Source of the DNA: a virus
Lineage: Duplodnaviria; Caudoviricetes
Direction: 5' to 3' (one strand)
Length of the DNA stretch: 34,063 nt
IMG/VR virus record: IMGVR_UViG_3300037851_000185
Coordinates: 1-34,063 of that record
The position numbers and the translations under genes were made by a program. Positions 8,950-17,407 of the stretch are shown piece after piece. The notes under the pieces are model-generated. The model was not told where the DNA came from. It ran no database searches and worked only from the letters and a program-made list of their open reading frames with translations. Each line of letters opens with the position of its first letter. The stretch's first letter is position 1.

Positions 8950-9438
8950 CTAGCGGAGAAGGATCCCTTTCTTCCGAAGCTCAAACTTTCGATCCTGCTC
9001 CCTCACCCACGTCTGGAACTGTTCCGGTGTCCGAAAGAGCGAGAACAGGTCTTCGACGGTGAACGCCATCTTCGTCGGAAGCGACCGACGCCACTGACCG
9101 TGCTCGTGCGACTTTGTCGTGTAGAGGTGAGCGTTCTCGACGGGTAGACCTCTCCCGTCGAACAACCCATCCAAGTGCCTCGGGATGATTCGTTGCGTTC
9201 CAACGACCGCGTCGAGTTGTGAAGGCAGGTACCAAACGAACCCATGAGACTCCATGACCTTGTTCCAGACTTCGGGATTTCGTTGGACGGCGCCCTTCAA
9301 GGCTTCTTGATTGCGCTCTCGGATCTCGTAGGGATCGACTGGACCAACGAACCTCGGGTCTGCCTTGCCGTCCCGAACCCGCGTCCTGACCTTCTCGATC
9401 CGCGCTTCGACTTCTTGGTCGCTAGGCTTCCGGCTCAT
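8950..9438 (-). CDS. hypothetical protein
   Basis: 162 aa, ATGA overlap, SD GAGG. Confidence 0.65.
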   Translation of the reverse strand: MSRKPSDQEVEARIEKVRTRVRDGKADPRFVGPVDPYEIRERNQEALKGAVQRNPEVWNKVMESHGFVWYLPSQLDAVVGTQRIIPRHLDGLFDGRGLPVENAHLYTTKSHEHGQWRRSLPTKMAFTVEDLFSLFRTPEQFQTWVREQDRKFELRKKGILLR

Positions 9439-9851
9439 TTCACTTCCTCGGCTGCAACACTCGTGGGGATCTTGGCGTTCCGTCCTTTCAGGAATTCCTC
9501 GACGACCGGAGCCCTCGTCTGGACCTGTTCCGCGACCTTCATCGCAACGTCACGGAGAACCGTCGTAGCGTGCCCTTCGGTCATCGGATGACCTCGCTTG
9601 TCCGCTTCATCACGGACGAGACGGACCAAGAGGCGAAGCAACGCTTCCTCCTCTGCCTTCTTCGGGTCACTCGGAACCTTGATCTCGACGACGGTTCCGA
9701 TCGGAAGGGCAACAATTCCACCCTCAACCTCGCGAACATCCGCATTGATCTGCAACGTGAACGAAGCCGGTAGAGGCTCCATCTCTCCACTCGGGTGATG
9801 GCAGCACCAATACCGCTTCCCGTGATCATCCACTTCAATGCTGTACTTCAT
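9435..9851 (-). CDS. hypothetical protein
   Basis: Start moved to ATG 9851 (ATGA overlap, purine-rich leader). Confidence 0.6.
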   Translation of the reverse strand: MKYSIEVDDHGKRYWCCHHPSGEMEPLPASFTLQINADVREVEGGIVALPIGTVVEIKVPSDPKKAEEEALLRLLVRLVRDEADKRGHPMTEGHATTVLRDVAMKVAEQVQTRAPVVEEFLKGRNAKIPTSVAAEEVK

Positions 9852-10066
9852 ACTTCTTCCTTCAGAACTCCAACTGCGACGACTTGCCCTTGGTACGGAG
9901 TGTCCCACGAAGCAACCAGCGTATCCGGCAGTAAGGTGTAGCCTTTAGTTTCCGCGTCGAGTGCGAGCTTCTCTCTTGCTGCTGTTTCGAGGAGTTTCCT
10001 CTTCGCCGGAAGACCCTTCAGGCCCTTCGGGAAGATCATCGGAATCGAGAACACGGCTGTCTTCAT
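9848..10066 (-). CDS. hypothetical protein
   Basis: ATG 10066; stop coupled to next start; overlaps upstream ORF by 122 nt. Confidence 0.4.
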   Translation of the reverse strand: MKTAVFSIPMIFPKGLKGLPAKRKLLETAAREKLALDAETKGYTLLPDTLVASWDTPYQGQVVAVGVLKEEV

Positions 10067-10460
10067 GGCGGATGTGGGGCTCAATTCGAGCCATGGCTTT
10101 CTCCAGGTATCCCTGTGCGATGAGGAGGAGCAAGTACCCGTCACCGGGATCTCTCATCTCACCTGCCAGGGACGAAAGGGAAGAGATCGCCCGAAGGAGG
10201 TCGGTCGAATCCACGACCGGGAGGATGTCAACGGGCTTCTCTCGCTCGCCCGAAGTGAACGCCAACCGTGCTTTCTGAGCCTCTGAGAGATGCACCTCCC
10301 GGTTGGTCGAATTCATCTCCTTGACTTCCGCTTCTTCCGCAACGCGGATCCTTCCAAGCTCCTGAATCTCTCCCTCGCACTCCTCCGAGCACCACCATTC
10401 CTCGGAGGTACTGGGTTGGAACGTAGAGCGGCAACTCAAGCAGATTCGATTCGCCAGCAT
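9945..10460 (-). CDS. hypothetical protein with N-terminal Zn finger
   Basis: CLSC..F.P.....WCSEEC treble-clef-like motif. Confidence 0.6.
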   Translation of the reverse strand: MLANRICLSCRSTFQPSTSEEWWCSEECEGEIQELGRIRVAEEAEVKEMNSTNREVHLSEAQKARLAFTSGEREKPVDILPVVDSTDLLRAISSLSSLAGEMRDPGDGYLLLLIAQGYLEKAMARIEPHIRHEDSRVLDSDDLPEGPEGSSGEEETPRNSSKREARTRRGN

Positions 10461-10465
10461 TTGAC

Positions 10466-10825
10466 CTACCCAGCGAACGCGACTGCGTGCCCTGCACGGA
10501 TCATTTCAGCCTGAACATCGAGGAGAAGCTCTCCGCCATCCGAGGTCGTATCGACGAAGATTCGACCAAGCCAGCGGTCGAAGCTCTTTCCCTTCGCGAA
10601 CTGCACCACGAGAGGTCGCTCATTCAGAATCGCCTTCAAGTAGTCACGGGCTGCGATGGCTCGCTCCTTCTCCTTGCTCATCTCCGGTGCGTTGATTCCG
10701 ATAAGTCGGACGTCGAGAACCCGGCTCACCCGCAACCCGAGATCGATCTCCAAGTGGACCGTGTCTCCGTCGATGGCGCGAATGAACCTCGCCCGATAGG
10801 CATTGGCGTCGTATGGCCTGCTCAT
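10466..10825 (-). CDS. thermonuclease (SNase-like)
   Basis: AIDGDTV, VRLIGINAPE, FDRWLG, MIRAGHA motifs. Confidence 0.9.
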   Translation of the reverse strand: MSRPYDANAYRARFIRAIDGDTVHLEIDLGLRVSRVLDVRLIGINAPEMSKEKERAIAARDYLKAILNERPLVVQFAKGKSFDRWLGRIFVDTTSDGGELLLDVQAEMIRAGHAVAFAG

Positions 10826-11373
10826 GTCCCCTCTTGGTGGAGAATCGTGAGCACCTCGGAAGCGTCGAAGTCGTACACGTCCGAAGTGTCCAGCTCTCTC
10901 CCTTGGAGGAGATTACACATGAGCGTGTTCCCGTCGCGATCTCGGGTCGAAAAGACCCGGAGACGTTCGAGCGTACTGTTCACCTCCAACAAGCGGATCG
11001 GGCCAATCGGACGACCCGTCCGAGTATCAACCTTCAACCAAGCCGAGAAGAGTTCCTCAATCCCGACGTTGTCAGAAGTCGTGATCTCGAACGCCTGCCC
11101 AATCGGACCCACGATCACGATCGCCCAGGGCGTCGTGTCGATCGCAGTCGAGTAGACCGTCTGCTCGTTGTCCAAGACCGCAAGAAGCCCGTCCGCAATC
11201 TGGTTCAGCGTAGACCCGAACGCTGCTTCATACTCAAAGGCGATCGGAACACCATTGATCGGTAGCGTAACCGAATAGACCTCTGGACCAGGACCAACCG
11301 GAGTCGAGAGAATCGAAACCCGGTTAGATTGAGCCCTCGAAAGGGAAACGACATCGCCTCGGTGGAAGGTCAC
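10822..11373 (-). CDS. hypothetical protein
   Basis: 183 aa between terminase nuclease and thermonuclease; ATGA-coupled to the latter. Confidence 0.6.
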   Translation of the reverse strand: MTFHRGDVVSLSRAQSNRVSILSTPVGPGPEVYSVTLPINGVPIAFEYEAAFGSTLNQIADGLLAVLDNEQTVYSTAIDTTPWAIVIVGPIGQAFEITTSDNVGIEELFSAWLKVDTRTGRPIGPIRLLEVNSTLERLRVFSTRDRDGNTLMCNLLQGRELDTSDVYDFDASEVLTILHQEGT

Positions 11374-11382
11374 TCAGCGAGA

Positions 11383-12156
11383 CTAGCGCGAAGAAATATC
11401 CCCGACCACCCCAACTTCACCGTAGCTGCTGCCCCAAATCTCCAACCCCTGCCTCGCGAACCAGAGCGCCATGACGCCGTCGGTCGTAGCTGCAAGAGGG
11501 TGGTTGCGTAGCTCATAGTCGAGCCGTGCCCAGTGTCCTCTCGGAGCAGGATCATCGGGAGTCGCGCCTTCCCACTCCGAAAGTGGGAAGACCCAGGCGT
11601 TGTTCTTGAACTCAGTTTGGAGAACCGGGAGTCCCTTCTCAGGGTCGAACTTCAGCCCTCCGGTCGTGGTGGTCGGCTCCACCTTCATCCACCAAGGGAA
11701 CCGCGCTGGGAACGCCTGAGCCCACTCGATGAGGGCAGCCTGGTACCCGTTGTCCTCGACCATGAACACGGTCGGATTGAAGAGTGAGTTGACGGTGTTG
11801 ATCTGTTCGCACGTCTCGTTCGACTTCCACTTCCCGTACCGGACGTCGCAGACGTGCCTCCTCCGGTTAGGTCCGAGAGCGACGGTCACGATCACGTTTC
11901 CGGGTCGCTTCTTCGAGGAGAGGTCTACACCAGAGACCTTGATCCAATTCGAGCGTTGGATCTCTCCGATGGAGACACCGGGAACTCGGCACTTCTCGTA
12001 ATCGGGGAAACTGATCTCATCGTCCGAGAAAGCACGTAACCGGAAGCCACGCTCAAACGATCGAGGTTCGGTTTCAGACCGCTTCCTGAGCGAGCCTTCG
12101 TTCCACTTCGGAGAGAACAACGGTATCGGCCTAAGCCGAGTCGGAACACTCATCAC
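11383..12156 (-). CDS. terL: terminase large subunit, C-terminal RNase H-like nuclease half
   Basis: PLFSPKW linker, SGVDLS, VEDNGYQAAL, HP..TTDGVMALWFA; own SD-like GGATAGGTG. Confidence 0.8.
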   Translation of the reverse strand: MMSVPTRLRPIPLFSPKWNEGSLRKRSETEPRSFERGFRLRAFSDDEISFPDYEKCRVPGVSIGEIQRSNWIKVSGVDLSSKKRPGNVIVTVALGPNRRRHVCDVRYGKWKSNETCEQINTVNSLFNPTVFMVEDNGYQAALIEWAQAFPARFPWWMKVEPTTTTGGLKFDPEKGLPVLQTEFKNNAWVFPLSEWEGATPDDPAPRGHWARLDYELRNHPLAATTDGVMALWFARQGLEIWGSSYGEVGVVGDISSR

Positions 12157-12235
12157 CTATCCCTGGAGTGTAGATAAAACAGAACCGTTCCGAACGCGAA
12201 GCAAGCACCCACCACGAACCCCGACGAGAACTGAA

Positions 12236-12970
12236 TCACCGCTTCTGCCTCGCCCCGAGCAATTGGAATAGCTCAGGCACGTCAAAGCTGGGAGAGCCGT
12301 TCGCTCGATTGACCTGCTCGACGAAAGACCTGGCAGCCTTGGCGAGCTTCGCTTCCATCTCAACGACCTTCGCGGGCTTCTCGGTCGCCTCCTTCGGTTC
12401 AGTCGTCGCCTCGACTCTGACTGAAGAACTCGACGTGGATGGACTTCGCTCGATGAGGTGCCCGGCCATGACGGCTGAGACCTTGATGAACTCTTCGAGG
12501 TCAGACCGTGTCAGGTTCTTTCCATCCTGCAACGCCGTCACAATCTCATCGACCTGTACTCGGTAAGCGTCGATCGGACGCGCAAGGACCGAACGTGACC
12601 GCTTCAACTCTCCCCGCTTCAACTGCGAGATGCAGAAGGAGAGGACTGCAATCGCGTACTGATGAACATCTGAGAGTGCAGACGTGTCCTCAGAAGTCGC
12701 TTCAGCGCCTTTCCTGAAGTCTTCGAGGAGGATCTTCAACCGACCGACTTCTGTCCGCTCCTCCTCGATGACCCGGAGTACGGCTTCGTCGAGGTCCATG
12801 CCTCTGGTCTCTGGGTACTTCGCGCAGAGGTAGTCAGAAATCTTCTCCAACTGCCTTCGATCCTCGGCAGCCGCAACATCCGCAGGCCTGGGTGGAGGTT
12901 CAGCTTCCTCCACCAGTATCCACTTCGCCAGACCTCCCGGTGTTTGTTGGTTCTTCGGACGGAGTCCCAT
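12236..12970 (-). CDS. hypothetical protein
   Basis: 244 aa, helical composition, SD GGAGGG. Confidence 0.6.
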   Translation of the reverse strand: MGLRPKNQQTPGGLAKWILVEEAEPPPRPADVAAAEDRRQLEKISDYLCAKYPETRGMDLDEAVLRVIEEERTEVGRLKILLEDFRKGAEATSEDTSALSDVHQYAIAVLSFCISQLKRGELKRSRSVLARPIDAYRVQVDEIVTALQDGKNLTRSDLEEFIKVSAVMAGHLIERSPSTSSSSVRVEATTEPKEATEKPAKVVEMEAKLAKAARSFVEQVNRANGSPSFDVPELFQLLGARQKR

Positions 12971-13319
12971 TCTTCCCCTCCAGTCGAGTCGTGATCGTCT
13001 CGACTCGTTCCTCGATCTGCTTCAACCAAGATTCGGTGGCAGGACCAGGGCTCGTGAGCGTGGCAGTCAGAGCGGTACGGAGCAAGTCCATACATTCCAC
13101 GATCGGCGCAACGCGTGAGACCGGGGAGAGATTACTCCTCAGTCCCCACCGAACTCGAATCGCTGTCTCCGTCGTCGTGATCTTCCGATAAAGACAGGCG
13201 TACCGATTCTTCGGATTGATCGGCGTGCGCTTGAATCGTTCCGCTGCGTCCTGGTCCTCAAGCGACAACACTCGGACGATCCTCTTCACGAGCCGTTCTA
13301 TGTCCTCACGATGGTTCAC
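12900..13319 (-). CDS. hypothetical protein
   Basis: 139 aa, GTGA overlap. Confidence 0.55.
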   Translation of the reverse strand: MNHREDIERLVKRIVRVLSLEDQDAAERFKRTPINPKNRYACLYRKITTTETAIRVRWGLRSNLSPVSRVAPIVECMDLLRTALTATLTSPGPATESWLKQIEERVETITTRLEGKNGTPSEEPTNTGRSGEVDTGGGS

Positions 13320-13624
13320 TTGGTCCCGTTCGCCTTGAGGGCGCCACGTAGCAAGGCGAGGTACCCGACCAAGTCCTGAACGGTGTCCTCTGACGCGTCT
13401 GGGTCGAACCCAGTGGTGCGGATCCGTGAGAGCTTGTCGTCCACCCTCACGAGAATCTGCTCGACGGCGCTCGCTCGCGAGAAGACTCGACTCGGATTCG
13501 CAGCCGAGTCTCCATACGCCTTGTTCTTCTGAACGAGAAGGTTGGAGACCTCGAAGAGAAAATCGATCGACGCCTTACACGCGGGAGTCGAATCCTCGTA
13601 ACCACGGACCTCGAACTTTGCCAT
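13316..13624 (-). CDS. nucleotide modification associated domain 1 (Nmad1/DUF1599-like) protein
   Basis: KNKAYGDS, VRVDDKLSRI, EDTVQDLVGY motifs. Confidence 0.8.
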   Translation of the reverse strand: MAKFEVRGYEDSTPACKASIDFLFEVSNLLVQKNKAYGDSAANPSRVFSRASAVEQILVRVDDKLSRIRTTGFDPDASEDTVQDLVGYLALLRGALKANGTK

Positions 13625-13774
13625 GCCAGAATCATCCCCTGATCACGACAAGAGGCAGCCCCCAACCCCAAACGAAACTCTCCCAAAGCAACCGAGCGAA
13701 TGTCCCCAGGACTGCCGCAACAACGAAGAAGAAGATCCAGACGAGTAGGATCATCCCAAGTCGCTCGAAGAACG

Positions 13775-13978
13775 CTAGCGCCTGAGCCCCCATCGCTGAA
13801 CACTTCGATGCCAGAAGATTCTCATCCATGTCCATAGCCCAATCGGGTCGTCAGTGACTTCATACGACGTGCGTCCGCCGATCTGACTTACGGTTCGCAC
13901 GACCCGTCCTTCTCCGCCATTCACTCGAATCTTGGAGCCAGGACGAAGATACCAAAGTGAAGTCGTGAAGGTTCGCAT
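13775..13978 (-). CDS. small hypothetical protein
   Basis: ATG 13978 just after palindrome copy 4. Confidence 0.4.
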   Translation of the reverse strand: MRTFTTSLWYLRPGSKIRVNGGEGRVVRTVSQIGGRTSYEVTDDPIGLWTWMRIFWHRSVQRWGLRR

Positions 13979-13983
13979 CGCGA

Positions 13984-13995
13984 CTAATCGATTAG
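13984..13995. repeat. palindrome copy 4
   Basis: Exact CTAATCGATTAG supplying the TAA stop of ORF 13992-14213. Confidence 0.85.
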
Positions 13996-14213
13996 AGGTC
14001 CACGACCAGACTTTCAAGCTCTCGATACACCGCTCTCGCTTCTTTCACATACGGGAAGCCTGGCTCCTCGCCCGACTTGAGGAACGTCCGCAGCACCGTA
14101 GCGTCACCGTCGTTCCGCACCAGGATGGCTCTCGGTGGATAGTCAGATTCGACTTCCACCTCTTTGTAGAAGACTCCTGCTTCAGTTTCCAATTTGACCT
14201 TGTAGTTGATCAT
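13992..14213 (-). CDS. small hypothetical protein
   Basis: 73 aa, fits gene tiling. Confidence 0.55.
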   Translation of the reverse strand: MINYKVKLETEAGVFYKEVEVESDYPPRAILVRNDGDATVLRTFLKSGEEPGFPYVKEARAVYRELESLVVDL

Positions 14214-14562
14214 CTTCAGTCGGCTCCATAGTGGATGTCTGTGAAAAGGTCGAGCCAGGGATCATCGTCGTCCACGTCTCACAAGAAAACCAAGGCGAGG
14301 TACACCAGACCACCTCGAACCCTGCTTGCCGGATGACGTGAACTCCATTGAGCGCACCTGGGAGGACCGGAAGCTCCCTCCAGAAAGAAGGGTGCCCGAG
14401 GATCTGTTCGGCGTCTTTCTTCCCCCGTTCGCCGAGGAACGAGAACACGCCCCAGTTGGTTATGTCGTGGGATGACAATGAGGAGTTCAAGCGATTCAGA
14501 AGGTGCCCGGTGAAATCGGCAACCACACCATCCACACCGAGGATGACTGTCTTATTCGGCAT
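14182..14562 (-). pseudogene. degenerate HAD-family 5'(3')-deoxyribonucleotidase
   Basis: ILGVDGVVADF (first Asp of DxDG replaced by Gly), FWRELPVLPGA, TSP; C-terminal K and DD motifs missing in frame. Confidence 0.65.
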
Positions 14563-14983
14563 TGAACATCTCCAACGAGAGCGGCTCCAGCCCTCTCGCC
14601 CGCCGAATCTCGTCGATCTCCGGGACCGAGAACGCACCCGTCAACGTCTCCCCTGCGTGCCGAATCCGACCCTCAAGTTCACGCAACCGCAACACCCAAC
14701 GGTCGTGGTCTCGCCTGAGCCTCAACACGTCTTCGTAGGCAGGACTCCAACCATACGTCCCCTGATGGGCAATCTGCTCGGGAGCAATGTGTCCGAGCGC
14801 AACGACCGTAATACCATCCAACTGAGTCCTGAGTTGTTCGACGCACTTCCGCTCTTTCTCGACCAACTTCCACAAGTCCTCAACGATCCGATTCGCAGTC
14901 ACGTCGTCAAACACCCTGTCTCCTGCCATCGTGGCAGAAGCCTCGCCGACCAGCTCTCCGATTCGTCGCTTCAAGTCTTCCAT
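14552..14983 (-). CDS. hypothetical protein
   Basis: ATG 14983 with SD GAGGAGG; coiled-coil composition. Confidence 0.6.
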   Translation of the reverse strand: MEDLKRRIGELVGEASATMAGDRVFDDVTANRIVEDLWKLVEKERKCVEQLRTQLDGITVVALGHIAPEQIAHQGTYGWSPAYEDVLRLRRDHDRWVLRLRELEGRIRHAGETLTGAFSVPEIDEIRRARGLEPLSLEMFNAE

Positions 14984-15219
14984 CGTGCCTCCTCGTTCAG
15001 CGAGGCGAGAGACCAGGCGTGCTCCCCTGGCTCGGTACACCTTTGCAGTCGAAACACAGCCGCTCCGAAGAGTGGCCTTCAGTCGCTGCCTCGACCTTCA
15101 TTCCGCTGGGAGGGGGGGGCAACGGACATCTGGTCTGCTGTTAGTTCAGCGTATCCAAGGAGGTCGGTTCCTCCCACCGAATCTCTCGTCTCGGAAACTA
15201 TCTTCCCGCATCTGAGGGA

Positions 15220-15447
15220 TCACTCCATTTCTTCATCGGTGATGGAGGCGATGATCGCCGCTTGTTCGAGTCGGCGACCGAGGAGGATGCCGACTCTTCC
15301 GACCCCGACCAGGGCCTTTACGATTGGGTAGACCTGAGTGTTCTCGACCTGTCGCGACTCTTCAATGGCTGTCTCGAAGAGTTTACGGATCAACTTCTCT
15401 TCTGCGTTGCAGGCGTCGTGTAGAGTCTCAGTGTCTTCATCGATCAT
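15220..15447 (-). CDS. small hypothetical protein
   Basis: ATG 15447 with SD GGAGGGG. Confidence 0.5.
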   Translation of the reverse strand: MIDEDTETLHDACNAEEKLIRKLFETAIEESRQVENTQVYPIVKALVGVGRVGILLGRRLEQAAIIASITDEEME

Positions 15448-15476
15448 CAGAAGCCCCTCCCAAAATCGACGGGAGA

Positions 15477-15818
15477 TTACGCCGAGCGCAACTTCTTTGC
15501 AGAGATCGCACTTGACACCGGCAAGAAGAAGCAACCGATGCACACGACCGAGAGCCGAGCCCTATTCACCCGGAACGCCAGTGGAAAGACCCCATCGGGT
15601 GTCAGGTAGACTGCACCCTCAAACGAGTTCCCGATCCTCGCAGCCGCTCTCCTGGGGTCCAGACGCCCATAGAACCGGCACACGTCGCATCGTAGGAAGT
15701 AGGTGGGCGAGTCTCGGTAGAGGACTTCGCGGATCCGGTCGAAGGAATGGGCCTCACGCCAGACAGTTGAGATGAGGGACCGGGCACGGTCTCCATCTTG
15801 GCCGAGATTGCACTTCAC
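15477..15818 (-). CDS. hypothetical protein with two CxxC motifs
   Basis: CDVC and CIGC; SD AGAGG. Confidence 0.5.
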   Translation of the reverse strand: MKCNLGQDGDRARSLISTVWREAHSFDRIREVLYRDSPTYFLRCDVCRFYGRLDPRRAAARIGNSFEGAVYLTPDGVFPLAFRVNRARLSVVCIGCFFLPVSSAISAKKLRSA

Positions 15819-15830
15819 GTCTCTGTTCCT

Positions 15831-16109
15831 CTACCGACGACGCTTCGTAACACGATGCTCCCTCTCTCGAATCTTCCGAAGGTGATTCCGAGCCGTCGAA
15901 TACGACAGTCCCGTGTAAGCAGCAACCTCCGCAGCCGTCGGGCATCGATCCTGACCCAACTCCTCCAACGCTGCGTTCACCACCTCATTCGAGGTCGGAG
16001 TGTCCCGCTTGGGCTCTGCGTAGACCCGTCCATTGGACAGGACCGTGAGCTTGACGTTCTGGACTCGGCTCTTGGTTGAAGAACTCACTCCCCATTCGGT
16101 CCGTTGCAC
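15831..16109 (-). CDS. helix-turn-helix DNA-binding protein
   Basis: PTAAEVAAYTGLSYSTARNHLRKI; start uncertain. Confidence 0.7.
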   Translation of the reverse strand: MQRTEWGVSSSTKSRVQNVKLTVLSNGRVYAEPKRDTPTSNEVVNAALEELGQDRCPTAAEVAAYTGLSYSTARNHLRKIREREHRVTKRRR

Positions 16110-16113
16110 GAAC

Positions 16114-16335
16114 TCATGTTCTCTGCCTCCGTCGCCGATGCTGCTCTCCGATCTGCATGGATCTGAGAGCGCGCTTCAACTCGGCGCCGTTAACCGCGAC
16201 CAAGTCATCCGGTAGCGCGTCCTTCGACCGGCAGATTCCGACGTACACCTCGTCGCGGCAGTACCCGCCACGGATGACCAGAAAGCGCCCGTCGGACGTC
16301 TCCAGGTAGAACTCGTCGTAGGCTTCTTCACCCAT
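16114..16335 (-). CDS. small hypothetical protein
   Basis: 73 aa, SD GGGAG. Confidence 0.5.
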   Translation of the reverse strand: MGEEAYDEFYLETSDGRFLVIRGGYCRDEVYVGICRSKDALPDDLVAVNGAELKRALRSMQIGEQHRRRRQRT

Positions 16336-16467
16336 CAGAACGGCACTCCCAGCGCGTCCGCAACTCGCACGAGTAGCCCGCGCAGCCGTGCAGAAAGTCG
16401 TCCATGACGTGCTTGTTGATGAATCGACGAGCCGCCGCTGCCTCCTGACGCATAAACTCTTCGAGCG

Positions 16468-16995
16468 TCACGACGCCACCTCGCTCTCTTCGTCGTCAGT
16501 GAACGTGATGTTCGTGCAGAACTCGGCCAGGAGCCGCAGGTTCGGCAGCGCGAGATCGTTCCAGAGCTTCGCGCGCCACTCGGGCGGCGCGTCGAGCTTG
16601 TCGTGGATGGCTGCGAGCGCATCGATCCGCTCAATCACCTCGCCCTTCAGTCGCGACCAGTCCGGGCCATCGCTCGGCGGCGCGTCGTACCAATCGCCAC
16701 CATCCGGCGACTCGTGGCGGCCCTGGTGACCGTGCTCGCGGCGACACACCCATGACGGTTCCTCCGGGCAGCGTGCGCCACATGCGGCCTTGTTAACCGC
16801 CGCGTCCTTCGTTGCGCTGTTAAGCGCTTTTCGGCGCAGTTGAAACACGGCCCGCTGGGCCTGTTGCTTGTCCATGACGGCCCCTTCTGGCGTTTTTGGG
16901 ATGGTTCGCTGCCACGCGCCGCGACCATCGTATTCATCGATTGCCCAGCCTTTACCGGCATCTAGCGGGCGCACATGGAAGATTGACTGGCTCAT
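16468..16995 (-). CDS. hypothetical protein with Cys/His metal-binding motif
   Basis: CGARC....WVCRREHGHQGRH; SD GGAG. Confidence 0.6.
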   Translation of the reverse strand: MSQSIFHVRPLDAGKGWAIDEYDGRGAWQRTIPKTPEGAVMDKQQAQRAVFQLRRKALNSATKDAAVNKAACGARCPEEPSWVCRREHGHQGRHESPDGGDWYDAPPSDGPDWSRLKGEVIERIDALAAIHDKLDAPPEWRAKLWNDLALPNLRLLAEFCTNITFTDDEESEVAS

Positions 16996-17001
16996 CTGCT
17001 G

Positions 17002-17355
17002 TTAACTCCGATCCTTGTTAACCGACATCGACTGATCGAATGCCTCCCCTATATCACCCGTCTGCGCGGGTGGAGTGAACCGCGACTCTCCCTCGGGTAC
17101 GAACGCGAGCTGTCCACTCCCCCAGGCGTGGACGAGCTTCCCGCCACAGTGACATTGAACCGGAAGATTGAAGGTCGTCTCCGACTCGACGAAGAACGAG
17201 AACCCACAAGGGGATCGATCGCACGCGACTTTGAGGAGGGTCTTGGCGGGTAGCTTAACCACATTCCCCTCTTTGTCTTCGAGTTCGACGTAGTGGTGGT
17301 TGGTGACGTACCGGAAGCCTCGAATCTGCGATGGGAGGAAGGCGGAAACTTTCAT
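17002..17355 (-). CDS. hypothetical protein, possible Zn ribbon
   Basis: CDRSPC and CHCGG. Confidence 0.55.
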   Translation of the reverse strand: MKVSAFLPSQIRGFRYVTNHHYVELEDKEGNVVKLPAKTLLKVACDRSPCGFSFFVESETTFNLPVQCHCGGKLVHAWGSGQLAFVPEGESRFTPPAQTGDIGEAFDQSMSVNKDRS

Positions 17356-17407
17356 GTGGCCATCCTACGGACGAGCCCTAGGAGTGCAACCGCCGAAGAA
17401 GTGGGGA

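Noticed and set aside
13632-13835. Hydrophobic 67-aa ORF as a holin
   Set aside because: Single hydrophobic stretch, no adjacent endolysin, uncertain start
12157-17407. Split intein, group I/II intron or integrase-driven element as the terminase insert
   Set aside because: No intein terminal motifs, ordered intron core, reverse transcriptase, homing endonuclease or recombinase seen; kept only as a testable possibility
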